Positions 8,755 through 15,960 of a stretch of 24,000 nucleotides of DNA are shown here, piece by piece. The position numbers were made by a program, and so were the translations under genes. This DNA is from Ferruginibacter sp. (GTDB lineage: Bacteria > Bacteroidota > Bacteroidia > Chitinophagales > Chitinophagaceae), in the NCBI GenBank assembly GCA_031380515.1, contig JANNGD010000156.1, forward strand, positions 24,677-48,676, read 5' to 3'. The notes below the pieces were generated by a model that saw nothing but the letters and a program-made list of their open reading frames with translations, had not been told where the DNA came from and ran no database searches. The first letter of the stretch is position 1. Each line of letters begins with the position of its first letter.

Positions 8755-9246
8755 CTATTGATTTTCCTTAATAATTTTATAGATTATATTCTCATCGCCT
8801 GCTACATACCCTTGATGCCGGTAGATTATTTCTCCATTTTTAATAATTATACTATAAGGTACATTGGCAATATTTAATTCTCTTTTAAGGTCTTGGTTTT
8901 TATCAAGCAATACATTGAATTCCCAACCTTTTCCTTTTACAAGTGGGTTTACTCTTCCAGCGGTTCTGCTGTCATCTTCTGATATGGCATACAAATCAAA
9001 TTTTGTGCTTTTATTCCAGTCTTCTAAATTGTCATCAGTTGCAGTTAATTCGTTTATGCAAGGAATGCACCAAGTAGCCCAAAATAATAAAACGATAAGC
9101 TTACCTCCTTTTTCATTAAATTTTTCTGTTTGAAAGTTTACCCCATCCAATGTTGCCAGTTTGACATTAGGTATTTTTTGTGCCATAACACCTGATTGAA
9201 AAGCACAGAACAATAAAAGGATACTAAACGATTTGTACATAGCCAT
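8755..9246 (-). CDS. TlpA/ResA-like periplasmic thiol:disulfide oxidoreductase (thioredoxin fold)
   Basis: Signal peptide and active-site block LLFWATWCIPCINEL (CxxC). 163 aa. TAG stop 3 nt before the next ATG. Confidence 0.88.
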   Translation of the reverse strand: MAMYKSFSILLLFCAFQSGVMAQKIPNVKLATLDGVNFQTEKFNEKGGKLIVLLFWATWCIPCINELTATDDNLEDWNKSTKFDLYAISEDDSRTAGRVNPLVKGKGWEFNVLLDKNQDLKRELNIANVPYSIIIKNGEIIYRHQGYVAGDENIIYKIIKENQ

Positions 9247-9263
9247 GACTTATTTTTAATAAT

Positions 9264-9290
9264 AGACTTTGTTTTTTTTCAATCCTTACA
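9264..9290 (-). promoter_or_regulatory. Candidate ECF-type promoter for the TlpA-like operon (TGTAAGG-N13-AAAGTCT, minus strand)
   Basis: Minus-strand reading is TGTAAGG attgaaaaaaaac AAAGTCT, ending 17 nt before the TlpA-like ATG (9246). The -35-like half is one arm of the 9280..9309 palindrome. The -10-like half matches the CCCGACT sites only at G, C and T. Confidence 0.35.
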
Positions 9291-9309
9291 AAAAAATTTG
9301 TAAGGATTG
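9280..9309. promoter_or_regulatory. Perfect 13-bp-arm palindrome in the divergent TlpA-like/Omp28-like promoter region
   Basis: caatccttacaaa-aaaa-tttgtaaggattg: 13/13 complementary arms with a 4-nt loop. It is centred between two diverging start codons (9246 and 9344), so it cannot be a terminator. It carries TGTAAGG on both strands. Confidence 0.8.
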
Positions 9310-9325
9310 AAAATTTGCACCGTCC
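9299..9325 (+). promoter_or_regulatory. Candidate ECF-type promoter for the Omp28-related gene (TGTAAGG-N13-ACCGTCC)
   Basis: Plus-strand TGTAAGG attgaaaatttgc ACCGTCC, ending 18 nt before the ATG at 9344. CGTC is the classical ECF -10 core. Spacing is the same as at the other three sites. Confidence 0.4.
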
Positions 9326-9343
9326 ATAAATAAAAACTCAATT

Positions 9344-10384
9344 ATGAAAAAATTTATGATCTTGGCCTTTCTTATTGGAAGTGCCATCCTTTTTAATTCC
9401 TGCACAAAGACAGAATCGGAGTTTACTGATACTCCACAAGAGGCTATTACTGTAAAAGCTAGTACCTTAAGTATCATTTCTGGTAATACAGTAACTTTTT
9501 TGGTACAGTCATCTGTAAACAACCACAATGTAACTGCTAGTAGTAAAATTTATGTAAATGGTTCTTTAATCACTGGCAATAGTTATACTTTTAGTGTGGA
9601 AGGTAATTTTGCTGTATATGCTACATATGGCCAATTAACATCTGCCGTAATTACTGTAAATGTTGCGCCATTACCTGCCACAACAATGTATAAACACAAT
9701 GTGTTGGTAGAAGAATATTCTGGCACATGGTGTGGAAACTGCCCAAGAATATTATATGGTGTAGATTTATTGGAACAACAAACAACAAAGGCAATAATAG
9801 TAAGTACACATTTATTTGGTAGTGACCCATTTATTTCAACAGATGGAAATAGTTTGGCTGCACAACAGGGAGTAGGAGGGGTACCAAATGGTTTTATAAA
9901 TAGAACCTTAAGTTGGATTGCGCCTCAGTATCAAAATGTAAACCAAGTAATCAATACAATCCAGGCTTCTGCTTCAGTTGGCTTGGCAATAAATTCAGCA
10001 GTAAGTGGCAACAACTTATCGGTAAATATAAAAGCTAATTATTCCCAACCTTTATCGGGTTCTGCAAAACTTACTGTGTATTTGGTAGAAGATAAATTGT
10101 ACCATACGCAAAGTAATTATTCATCTAATCTTTATGGAGGACTTTCCAGTATTCCAAACTTTGAATACAATGGCGTTCTTCGAAAAATAATTAGCCCAAT
10201 AAGTGGTGATAATATTTCAATATCAGGAAACAACAATAACAAAGATTATTCATTGGTATTGCCTAGTAATATATCTAATATTTCAAATGCAAGAATAGTT
10301 GCTTTTGTTACCAATGCTGCTGGAATGGTAGTGAATGCATTAGAAGCAAAAGTGGGAGTTGCAAAAACTTTCGAAACAATATAA
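9344..10384 (+). CDS. Omp28-related outer-membrane lipoprotein with thioredoxin-like CxxC motif
   Basis: Lipoprotein signal (..AILFNSC), an N-terminal Ig-like segment, then the family block VLVEEYSGTWCGNCPR. This is the only convincing plus-strand gene in the window. Confidence 0.8.
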   Translation: MKKFMILAFLIGSAILFNSCTKTESEFTDTPQEAITVKASTLSIISGNTVTFLVQSSVNNHNVTASSKIYVNGSLITGNSYTFSVEGNFAVYATYGQLTSAVITVNVAPLPATTMYKHNVLVEEYSGTWCGNCPRILYGVDLLEQQTTKAIIVSTHLFGSDPFISTDGNSLAAQQGVGGVPNGFINRTLSWIAPQYQNVNQVINTIQASASVGLAINSAVSGNNLSVNIKANYSQPLSGSAKLTVYLVEDKLYHTQSNYSSNLYGGLSSIPNFEYNGVLRKIISPISGDNISISGNNNNKDYSLVLPSNISNISNARIVAFVTNAAGMVVNALEAKVGVAKTFETI

Positions 10385-10537
10385 TTGTTTAATATCCTTT
10401 ATTTAGGGCTTGCTCAAAAACTATAAATTGCTACCTGTGTTTTATTTCGGTTAATTGTTTTGCTAACTGATGCGCTGGTTTTTTATTAAATAGTTCAAAA
10501 AACTTGCAGACATTTTTTCGATTGTCGTTTTTGCCTC

Positions 10538-10668
10538 ATGCCGGCGGGCATCTCTAAGCCTCACCCCCAGCCCCTCTCCACAGGAGAGGGTAGCGATGCA
10601 ACGCTGCTGTTTTTTCTTCTTTTGAAAAAATATGCTAACGCATTTTTTCAATCCCGATTTCATCGGGA
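10538..10668. repeat. GC-rich cluster of short hairpins (REP-like intergenic element)
   Basis: atgcc-ggcg-ggcat (10538..10551), ccctctcc-aca-ggagaggg (10572..10590) and tcccgat-ttc-atcggga (10652..10668), in a locally GC-rich island within an AT-rich convergent intergenic region. I recall similar strings as dispersed intergenic repeats in Bacteroidota genomes (unverified). Confidence 0.5.
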
Positions 10669-10799
10669 CCGAACAAAAAAAGGCAGCTTATGCAGTAGCT
10701 GGTAGATTTTTGCGAAGATTTTATCGAATAAAGTTTCTAATGATTAGTACCTAAATTCCAAATATTGTTGCTTAAGTTTTTAAGCAAGTCCTATTTAAA

Positions 10800-10838
10800 C
10801 TGCTCATTTTTTCAAAGTTGAAAAATTGAGCAGTTTTT
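10800..10838 (+). terminator. Rho-independent terminator-like hairpin in the convergent intergenic region
   Basis: ctgctcatttttt / aaaaattgagcag arms (13 bp, 1 mismatch), 8-nt loop, followed by TTTTT on the plus strand. It lies between the Omp28-related gene (+) and the ATP-grasp gene (-). On the minus strand only TTT follows it. Confidence 0.5.
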
Positions 10839-10901
10839 AGTTTAATTAAATTGGTGAAGTGAATTGCCAATTTGAAATACTTTGAAAGAATAATTGAACC
10901 A

Positions 10902-11963
10902 TTAATAAATATTTGTATTTTGTCTGTATTGCTTTCCTAATCTAATTGTAGACCAAAAAGTATGGAAAGATATATATAGAGAACCTCTTTTTTTATTTTC
11001 AATAGCGGCCTCATACATCATCTTAAAATGTTTAACAATTTGCATTTGCCCTTTAAAAAAAGAATACCCAGGCTCGTAAATATGAGCAGGTTCTGATGCA
11101 GCTCCGTTCAATTCAAGTATTACATAATCTTTACCTTTTTTTAAACCCTCTATACTCATACAACGCAAATCGTATCGTCCATAAAAAAAACCATTTATTC
11201 TTTTACTAATGTAATCTATTGTATCTGTCAATTGTTCATCAATAATATGATTGTAATTTATAAAGGTAGCGCCTAAAACATGGTTGCCGTAAGGAACCAA
11301 CACTTGCTGCTCTCCATTGGAAAGCACTTTTGTAAAATCAATTTTATTCTGCATTTTTAGTTTATCATATTGCAAGAAACACCTGTCATTGTCCAATATC
11401 AGTTTTTCAACAGTTGATGAGCCATCACCAGTAATGGTGAGTAATTTTTTAAGCGTTACAGAAGTCACCATACCTTTTGTTTGCAAAGGATGCCTGTAAT
11501 AAAAAATACTAATTTCTATTGGATAATCAATATAAGTCTGGATTAGAAAACTGATACGCATATCCTTTCTATAAAGCTCCAATTCTGCTATATCATTAAT
11601 TTTTTTTACTCCCCACCCTCTTTCGCCTCTATCGGGCTTAGCTATCACGGGAAACGAAATGCCGGCTTCTTGCATTCGATGATTTATAGAAGATCCTTCT
11701 TCATTGTAATCTACAATAATAGTTGTCGGGTAATACTCTTTTGGTATCAGTTGAAATATCTTCCATTTACTCGAAAAAAACATTCCGCCATTTTCTATTG
11801 TAGGATTGGTAACAGAAAAGAAAAAGAATGATCTGGCTTTTATTGAAAGGTATAGAAAATAAAAACCAGCTGGGAAATATATCAACCACACAGGCCAGTA
11901 CTCCCAACTAAATGTTTTTATATAAAGCCTTCTTATGTTAAAATATATTTTATTAATGTTCAT
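10902..11963 (-). CDS. Membrane-anchored ATP-grasp fold carboxylate-amine ligase, specificity unknown
   Basis: N-terminal hydrophobic helices (WPVWLIYFPAGFYFLYLSI). ATP-grasp blocks FPVIAKPDRGERGWGVKKI, FLIQTYIDYPIEISIFYY and YVILELNGAASEPAHIY. Starts 3 nt after the upstream membrane-protein stop. Confidence 0.7.
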   Translation of the reverse strand: MNINKIYFNIRRLYIKTFSWEYWPVWLIYFPAGFYFLYLSIKARSFFFFSVTNPTIENGGMFFSSKWKIFQLIPKEYYPTTIIVDYNEEGSSINHRMQEAGISFPVIAKPDRGERGWGVKKINDIAELELYRKDMRISFLIQTYIDYPIEISIFYYRHPLQTKGMVTSVTLKKLLTITGDGSSTVEKLILDNDRCFLQYDKLKMQNKIDFTKVLSNGEQQVLVPYGNHVLGATFINYNHIIDEQLTDTIDYISKRINGFFYGRYDLRCMSIEGLKKGKDYVILELNGAASEPAHIYEPGYSFFKGQMQIVKHFKMMYEAAIENKKRGSLYISFHTFWSTIRLGKQYRQNTNIY

Positions 11964-11966
11964 TAT

Positions 11967-12551
11967 TTATTTAATAACCCAAACACTTTTTTCTAGTATT
12001 ATAGATAACACAGATGCAATACCTATTAAAACAGCTATACATTTATGCAATAAAGTACTTCCAACTTTCTTTACAGATATGTATATTAATAAAGCACAAA
12101 ATACAAATAATAATATTTGCTGTAACCATGTTTTTTCTAGCAGATAAACATTGAATAGTATAGATATTAAAACGGCAATGCCTACAATAAGAAATATTAT
12201 TGGATAGTGGCTGTGGTAATATATTTTCATATCTGAGCCTTTATCGCTTTCATTTGTAGGCAACAGCATTTTTACTGCTATAAAAAGAGTAATAGGATAA
12301 AGCAATATAAACAATAGTGCTGGTAGTGTCCACACAGTTTTATCTTTTAACTGGTAGGTTATAAACCAATCCTGCACATGCAGAAAGAGTATAAACAGTA
12401 CCCATAAAGTATGTGGCCAGTAAAATTTTATTTCTTTATAATGGTATAGTAAATCAGAGAACGAAGAAAGTATTTGTGTAATACCCAATCCTAAAATAAT
12501 GGAAACTAATATGGACACATATTCGAAGGCGCTTATCTGGTTACTAAACAT
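11967..12551 (-). CDS. Polytopic membrane protein (about 5-6 TM), unknown function
   Basis: 194 aa, almost entirely hydrophobic helices. The ATG overlaps the CoaB stop by 8 nt (ATGTTTAG), so translational coupling is likely. Confidence 0.7.
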   Translation of the reverse strand: MFSNQISAFEYVSILVSIILGLGITQILSSFSDLLYHYKEIKFYWPHTLWVLFILFLHVQDWFITYQLKDKTVWTLPALLFILLYPITLFIAVKMLLPTNESDKGSDMKIYYHSHYPIIFLIVGIAVLISILFNVYLLEKTWLQQILLFVFCALLIYISVKKVGSTLLHKCIAVLIGIASVLSIILEKSVWVIK

Positions 12552-13260
12552 AATTCAAACGCTTTTTATTTGTTGCTATAGGCAAAGTAGGCTGCAACTT
12601 AGTTATGAGATGATGTACAATATCAACAGCTACCAGTGACTTTAATTTCAGTTCATAATCAGTAATACCAAGTTGGCTATCAATTAATTTTATCCTGTTC
12701 GTATCAAAGCCAAATCCACTTCCATTGCTGTCTTGTATATTTAATACTACAAAATCAAATTTTTTGCGTTGCATTTTACTAATAGCATTGGGCAACCCAT
12801 TTTCGGTTTCCAAAGCAAATCCTACAAATATTTGTCCCGATTTTTTTGTTTTAGACAATTCAAAAGCAATATCAGGATTGGGCACAAGGCTGATATGTAT
12901 TTCGCCTTCCTGTTTTTTTATTTTTTGATTGGCAACAACCGCACATTTATAATCGGCCACTGCTGCTGAAAAAATTATTACGTCAGCATCAGTTGCCATA
13001 TATTGGGCTACTTCCAGCATTTCATCTGCAGTAACCACATTGGTAATTTGCTCAGCAACCAGCGTTGTTTTAATGTTTACAGGGCCAGAAACAACATGCA
13101 CATCTGCACCAAGGCTATGCAAATATTCGGCAATGGCATAGCCCATTTTTCCGGTGGAATGATTGGAAATAAAACGCACAGGGTCTATTGCCTCACGGGT
13201 AGGTCCTGCAGTAATGATAACCCTTTTTGATTTTAACTCGGTGTTGGAAAATTGTTCCAT
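12544..13260 (-). CDS. coaB: Stand-alone phosphopantothenate-cysteine ligase domain protein (CoaB; no CoaC half)
   Basis: KRVIITAGPTREAIDPVRFISNHSTGKMGYAIAE, SAAVADYK, QKIKKQ and VGFALET are collinear with the C-terminal (CoaB) half of E. coli Dfp/CoaBC as I recall it. The ORF starts only ~12 aa before the ITAGPT block. Stop is TAG followed by TAA. Confidence 0.88.
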   Translation of the reverse strand: MEQFSNTELKSKRVIITAGPTREAIDPVRFISNHSTGKMGYAIAEYLHSLGADVHVVSGPVNIKTTLVAEQITNVVTADEMLEVAQYMATDADVIIFSAAVADYKCAVVANQKIKKQEGEIHISLVPNPDIAFELSKTKKSGQIFVGFALETENGLPNAISKMQRKKFDFVVLNIQDSNGSGFGFDTNRIKLIDSQLGITDYELKLKSLVAVDIVHHLITKLQPTLPIATNKKRLNYV

Positions 13261-13268
13261 TAATTTGC

Positions 13269-13508
13269 TTATTGATATTGATTGAATAATTTAATTTTAA
13301 ATTTCTCCTGTACTATATCAAAGTATTTAGCTTTGTTAGTTGTCTTCTCTTTTACAGACAGATACATTGATATAAAAAATGTTGCCAATAAAGTAGATAC
13401 AATCTTTATTAAAATTGAGGTAGTCAACCTTTTTTTCAAGAAAGCATTCCACTTGGCAAACACAGCAAAAAAGCTACTTTTCGCAATCGGTGCTACAAAT
13501 ACTTTCAC
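13269..13508 (-). CDS. Possible small single-TM protein (79 aa), hypothetical
   Basis: ATG-initiated ORF filling the NRDE-CoaB gap almost exactly (13 nt and 8 nt spacers). One hydrophobic helix (ILIKIVSTLLATFFISMYL). The sequence is AT-rich and a plus-strand ORF overlaps it, so coding status is uncertain. Confidence 0.35.
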   Translation of the reverse strand: MKVFVAPIAKSSFFAVFAKWNAFLKKRLTTSILIKIVSTLLATFFISMYLSVKEKTTNKAKYFDIVQEKFKIKLFNQYQ

Positions 13509-13521
13509 AACATTTTTTTGT

Positions 13522-14286
13522 TTAATTATTTTGCATCGGGTTTATTTTTAAATGACCAGGTATTAAACAATCATTCAATTTGCTTTGTAAATCAATTTTT
13601 GTACTGCTGTAGCTGTAATTTGAAAAATCATAATAGCTCATGGCTGCATTGTGATGGCTTATTTCAATGAATGAAAAACTGAGTGTCTTTGTTATTTCGT
13701 TTCTGTTTATCATAAATCCATTTTCATTATCAACATGTGATTTAAAAAAATTGAGTAATGATAGTTTTGAAACGGGAGGGTTCATTGCCATCCAATTTTG
13801 AAACAAATCTTCCCTTTTTGTCTTTGCATCAGCATCATATAAAGTAGATGATGACCATATATGTGGCAATGTTTCATCTAACCGTATTCTGTGTCGTTCC
13901 ATGCCATCCCACACCAGTTGAAACAAATTATTATCACTCCATACTATTAAGGTAAATGGTTCAATGTCTTCCAAATCAATCAAATTCCATTCTACCACCG
14001 GCATTTCCGAGACGAGCAATTCCGACACAATAATGCCCCTGCTTTTTCTGTAATAATTTTTACGCTGGTGATTTTCAAAACCACCGTTCAATAAAACGAT
14101 AACGTTGCCGGTATTGTTTACACCAACCCAAGTTCCACCCGCCATTGGGTCTTTGGGAGATAAATAGGATATTCCATTTAATTCACTTATTGCTGGCTTT
14201 ACAGCTCTTGGTCTTTTAGGACTTTCATCCCTCAATGAACTAATAAAAACGCCATCATTACTGGGTATAAAAATTACGGTACACAT
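13522..14286 (-). CDS. NRDE / TANGO2 family protein (N-terminal Cys, Ntn-hydrolase-like)
   Basis: Starts MCTVIFIP, followed by SSLRDESPKRP (NRDE-motif position) and GGTWVGV. These are collinear with human TANGO2 MCIIFFKF..AANRDEFYSRP..GGTWLGI as I recall it. Confidence 0.85.
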   Translation of the reverse strand: MCTVIFIPSNDGVFISSLRDESPKRPRAVKPAISELNGISYLSPKDPMAGGTWVGVNNTGNVIVLLNGGFENHQRKNYYRKSRGIIVSELLVSEMPVVEWNLIDLEDIEPFTLIVWSDNNLFQLVWDGMERHRIRLDETLPHIWSSSTLYDADAKTKREDLFQNWMAMNPPVSKLSLLNFFKSHVDNENGFMINRNEITKTLSFSFIEISHHNAAMSYYDFSNYSYSSTKIDLQSKLNDCLIPGHLKINPMQNN

Positions 14287-14306
14287 AATTTATTTTTTAA
14301 AAATCA

Positions 14307-14930
14307 TTAAAACCCAATCCTGGTTCCTATCAAAAAAGAAAATGCTTTTGGTCTGCTATCCTGCACCTTAATATTGGCAGACCAGTAAGATGCATCTACA
14401 TATATTGTTTGCAATATTTTTGATGTAGTACTATAGGCAAGTCTTGAACCTGCTCTTCCAAATATTCCCTGCATTCTGGTTACCTGCTGGTTAATGATAC
14501 CATTTACATTATCTACCATAAGCCGTGGCTCTCCAATATTTGCATAGCCTGCGCCAAAATATGGTGATACAAATAATCTTCTGGAGTTGCTTAAGGCGAT
14601 ATTTCTGCCAATATTTATGCCTGCTAAAAAAACAGAACTGCTGGTTCTTTGAAAAAGATAAGCAGAACTTGCATCTTTTACCTGCTGGCTGTACTTTACA
14701 GCATTAAAGTCCAAAACAAATTGTGCAAAATAATGCTTGCTGAACTTATATTCGATGCCTGAATTTAATGCCAGCGAATTTTTATAAGCATTTGCGAACG
14801 AAGACACCGGGTTGAGCAACCCCACCGCAGTAGTAAAAAATATTTTTGATGTATCCTGTGCTTTTACAGATGTACAAAAACAAATAAAGAGCAGTGGCAA
14901 TAATAACCTGTAATCGATTAATTTTTTCAT
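14307..14930 (-). CDS. Small outer-membrane beta-barrel (porin-family) protein
   Basis: Signal peptide (..FCTSVKAQD), alternating beta-strand pattern and a C-terminal ..IGTRIGF with terminal Phe. Confidence 0.75.
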   Translation of the reverse strand: MKKLIDYRLLLPLLFICFCTSVKAQDTSKIFFTTAVGLLNPVSSFANAYKNSLALNSGIEYKFSKHYFAQFVLDFNAVKYSQQVKDASSAYLFQRTSSSVFLAGINIGRNIALSNSRRLFVSPYFGAGYANIGEPRLMVDNVNGIINQQVTRMQGIFGRAGSRLAYSTTSKILQTIYVDASYWSANIKVQDSRPKAFSFLIGTRIGF

Positions 14931-14931
14931 T

Positions 14932-15432
14932 TTAAGATTTAGCTAATGAAGCCTGATATTTGATGGTGGAATAAGCCATGCCAAAATCGTTATCAACAAT
15001 ATCGAGTTTCATTTCAATAATGGCTACTTTTATTAAGGCAAGGTGATGTATCGTATGTTCGGTATTATAAACCATTTCCCTGTAATAGGTAGTAGTTACG
15101 TTTGTTAATTCAATGGAGCCTTCTATCTGCTCCACAGTAAGTTTTAATTGCCTATCGGGAACTATTATAAGCCCATCCATTTGCTGCAGTACAACCTCTG
15201 CAAACACACGGTCGGTTTCTAGCAGCAGGTTTCTTTTTCGATTTACATAATCTACCTCTCCGGTGCTATATCCATCAATGGCGCATTGCAACAGTTCAAT
15301 CACATGCCTTGTGTGCCCTCCAATGCTTGAATTGCCAAGGTGTGCTACTTTTTGATTGTATTGCTCATCGGTAAGGCGCTGTAAAAGTTTACTAAGTGAT
15401 TGTAATTGCTGAGATAATTGCAGAAATATCAT
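14932..15432 (-). CDS. DinB-fold (DinB_2-like) metal-binding protein
   Basis: 166 aa helical protein with a His-triad-type pattern (GGHTRHVIELL .. NTEHTIHHLALIK). Its stop lies 1 nt before the next start. Confidence 0.75.
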   Translation of the reverse strand: MIFLQLSQQLQSLSKLLQRLTDEQYNQKVAHLGNSSIGGHTRHVIELLQCAIDGYSTGEVDYVNRKRNLLLETDRVFAEVVLQQMDGLIIVPDRQLKLTVEQIEGSIELTNVTTTYYREMVYNTEHTIHHLALIKVAIIEMKLDIVDNDFGMAYSTIKYQASLAKS

Positions 15433-15453
15433 GTACTTTTTTTTACCTTTTGT

Positions 15454-15879
15454 TTAATTAAGTGAGTGCGTAATTTTGTTTTTTCTAACCCTGTTTAGAA
15501 ATAGAATTGCTTGATGCTTATACAGTAGCATTATTACTGCACAACAAATCCAAACAACAATTGCCAGCATAAATAATTGCCCACCATCGCCCTTAGATTC
15601 TATGCCAATAACGGTAAAATGGGAAAGTATAGCGCCAGACATTAGGCCAAACCCCAAAAAGGCACCAATAAATACGGTGGATGGAATGAGGAGTAGAACA
15701 CTGGCAATTAATTCTATAACCCCTGTTCCAATTCTACCCCAGGGTTCCACCCCCAATTTGGTGAATAGTTCTACGGATTCTGGATGGCCAGTAAATTTAA
15801 AATACAGTGTTTGTAGAAGAATGATGGCAGCTACTATTCTAAGTACCAAACCGACGATAGTTTTTAAGTTGAATGACAT
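15454..15879 (-). CDS. DoxX family membrane protein
   Basis: 141 aa, 4 TM. Typical LRIVAAIILLQTLYFKFTGHPESVELFTKLGVEPWGRIGTGVIELIASVLLLIP pattern. Confidence 0.85.
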   Translation of the reverse strand: MSFNLKTIVGLVLRIVAAIILLQTLYFKFTGHPESVELFTKLGVEPWGRIGTGVIELIASVLLLIPSTVFIGAFLGFGLMSGAILSHFTVIGIESKGDGGQLFMLAIVVWICCAVIMLLYKHQAILFLNRVRKNKITHSLN

Positions 15880-15960
15880 GATGTTTTAGTATTATTGATT
15901 TAATTAAAAAAAACTGTTTGCACCTGCTTAGTTTTTCTATTACTTAGCAGATGTAGTAAC

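Noticed and set aside
8749-8757. The TlpA-like gene and the OM-barrel gene are in the same frame, separated only by TAG-ACC, hinting at a readthrough fusion
   Set aside because: The barrel gene has its own ATG and a complete signal peptide, so these are two independent secreted proteins. The frame coincidence has a one-in-three chance.
10463-10663. 66-codon minus-strand ORF (..CGEGLGVRLRDARRHEAK..)
   Set aside because: It is produced by the GC-rich hairpin cluster. Its start is non-ATG, it has no gene-like context, and the same strings read as palindromes.
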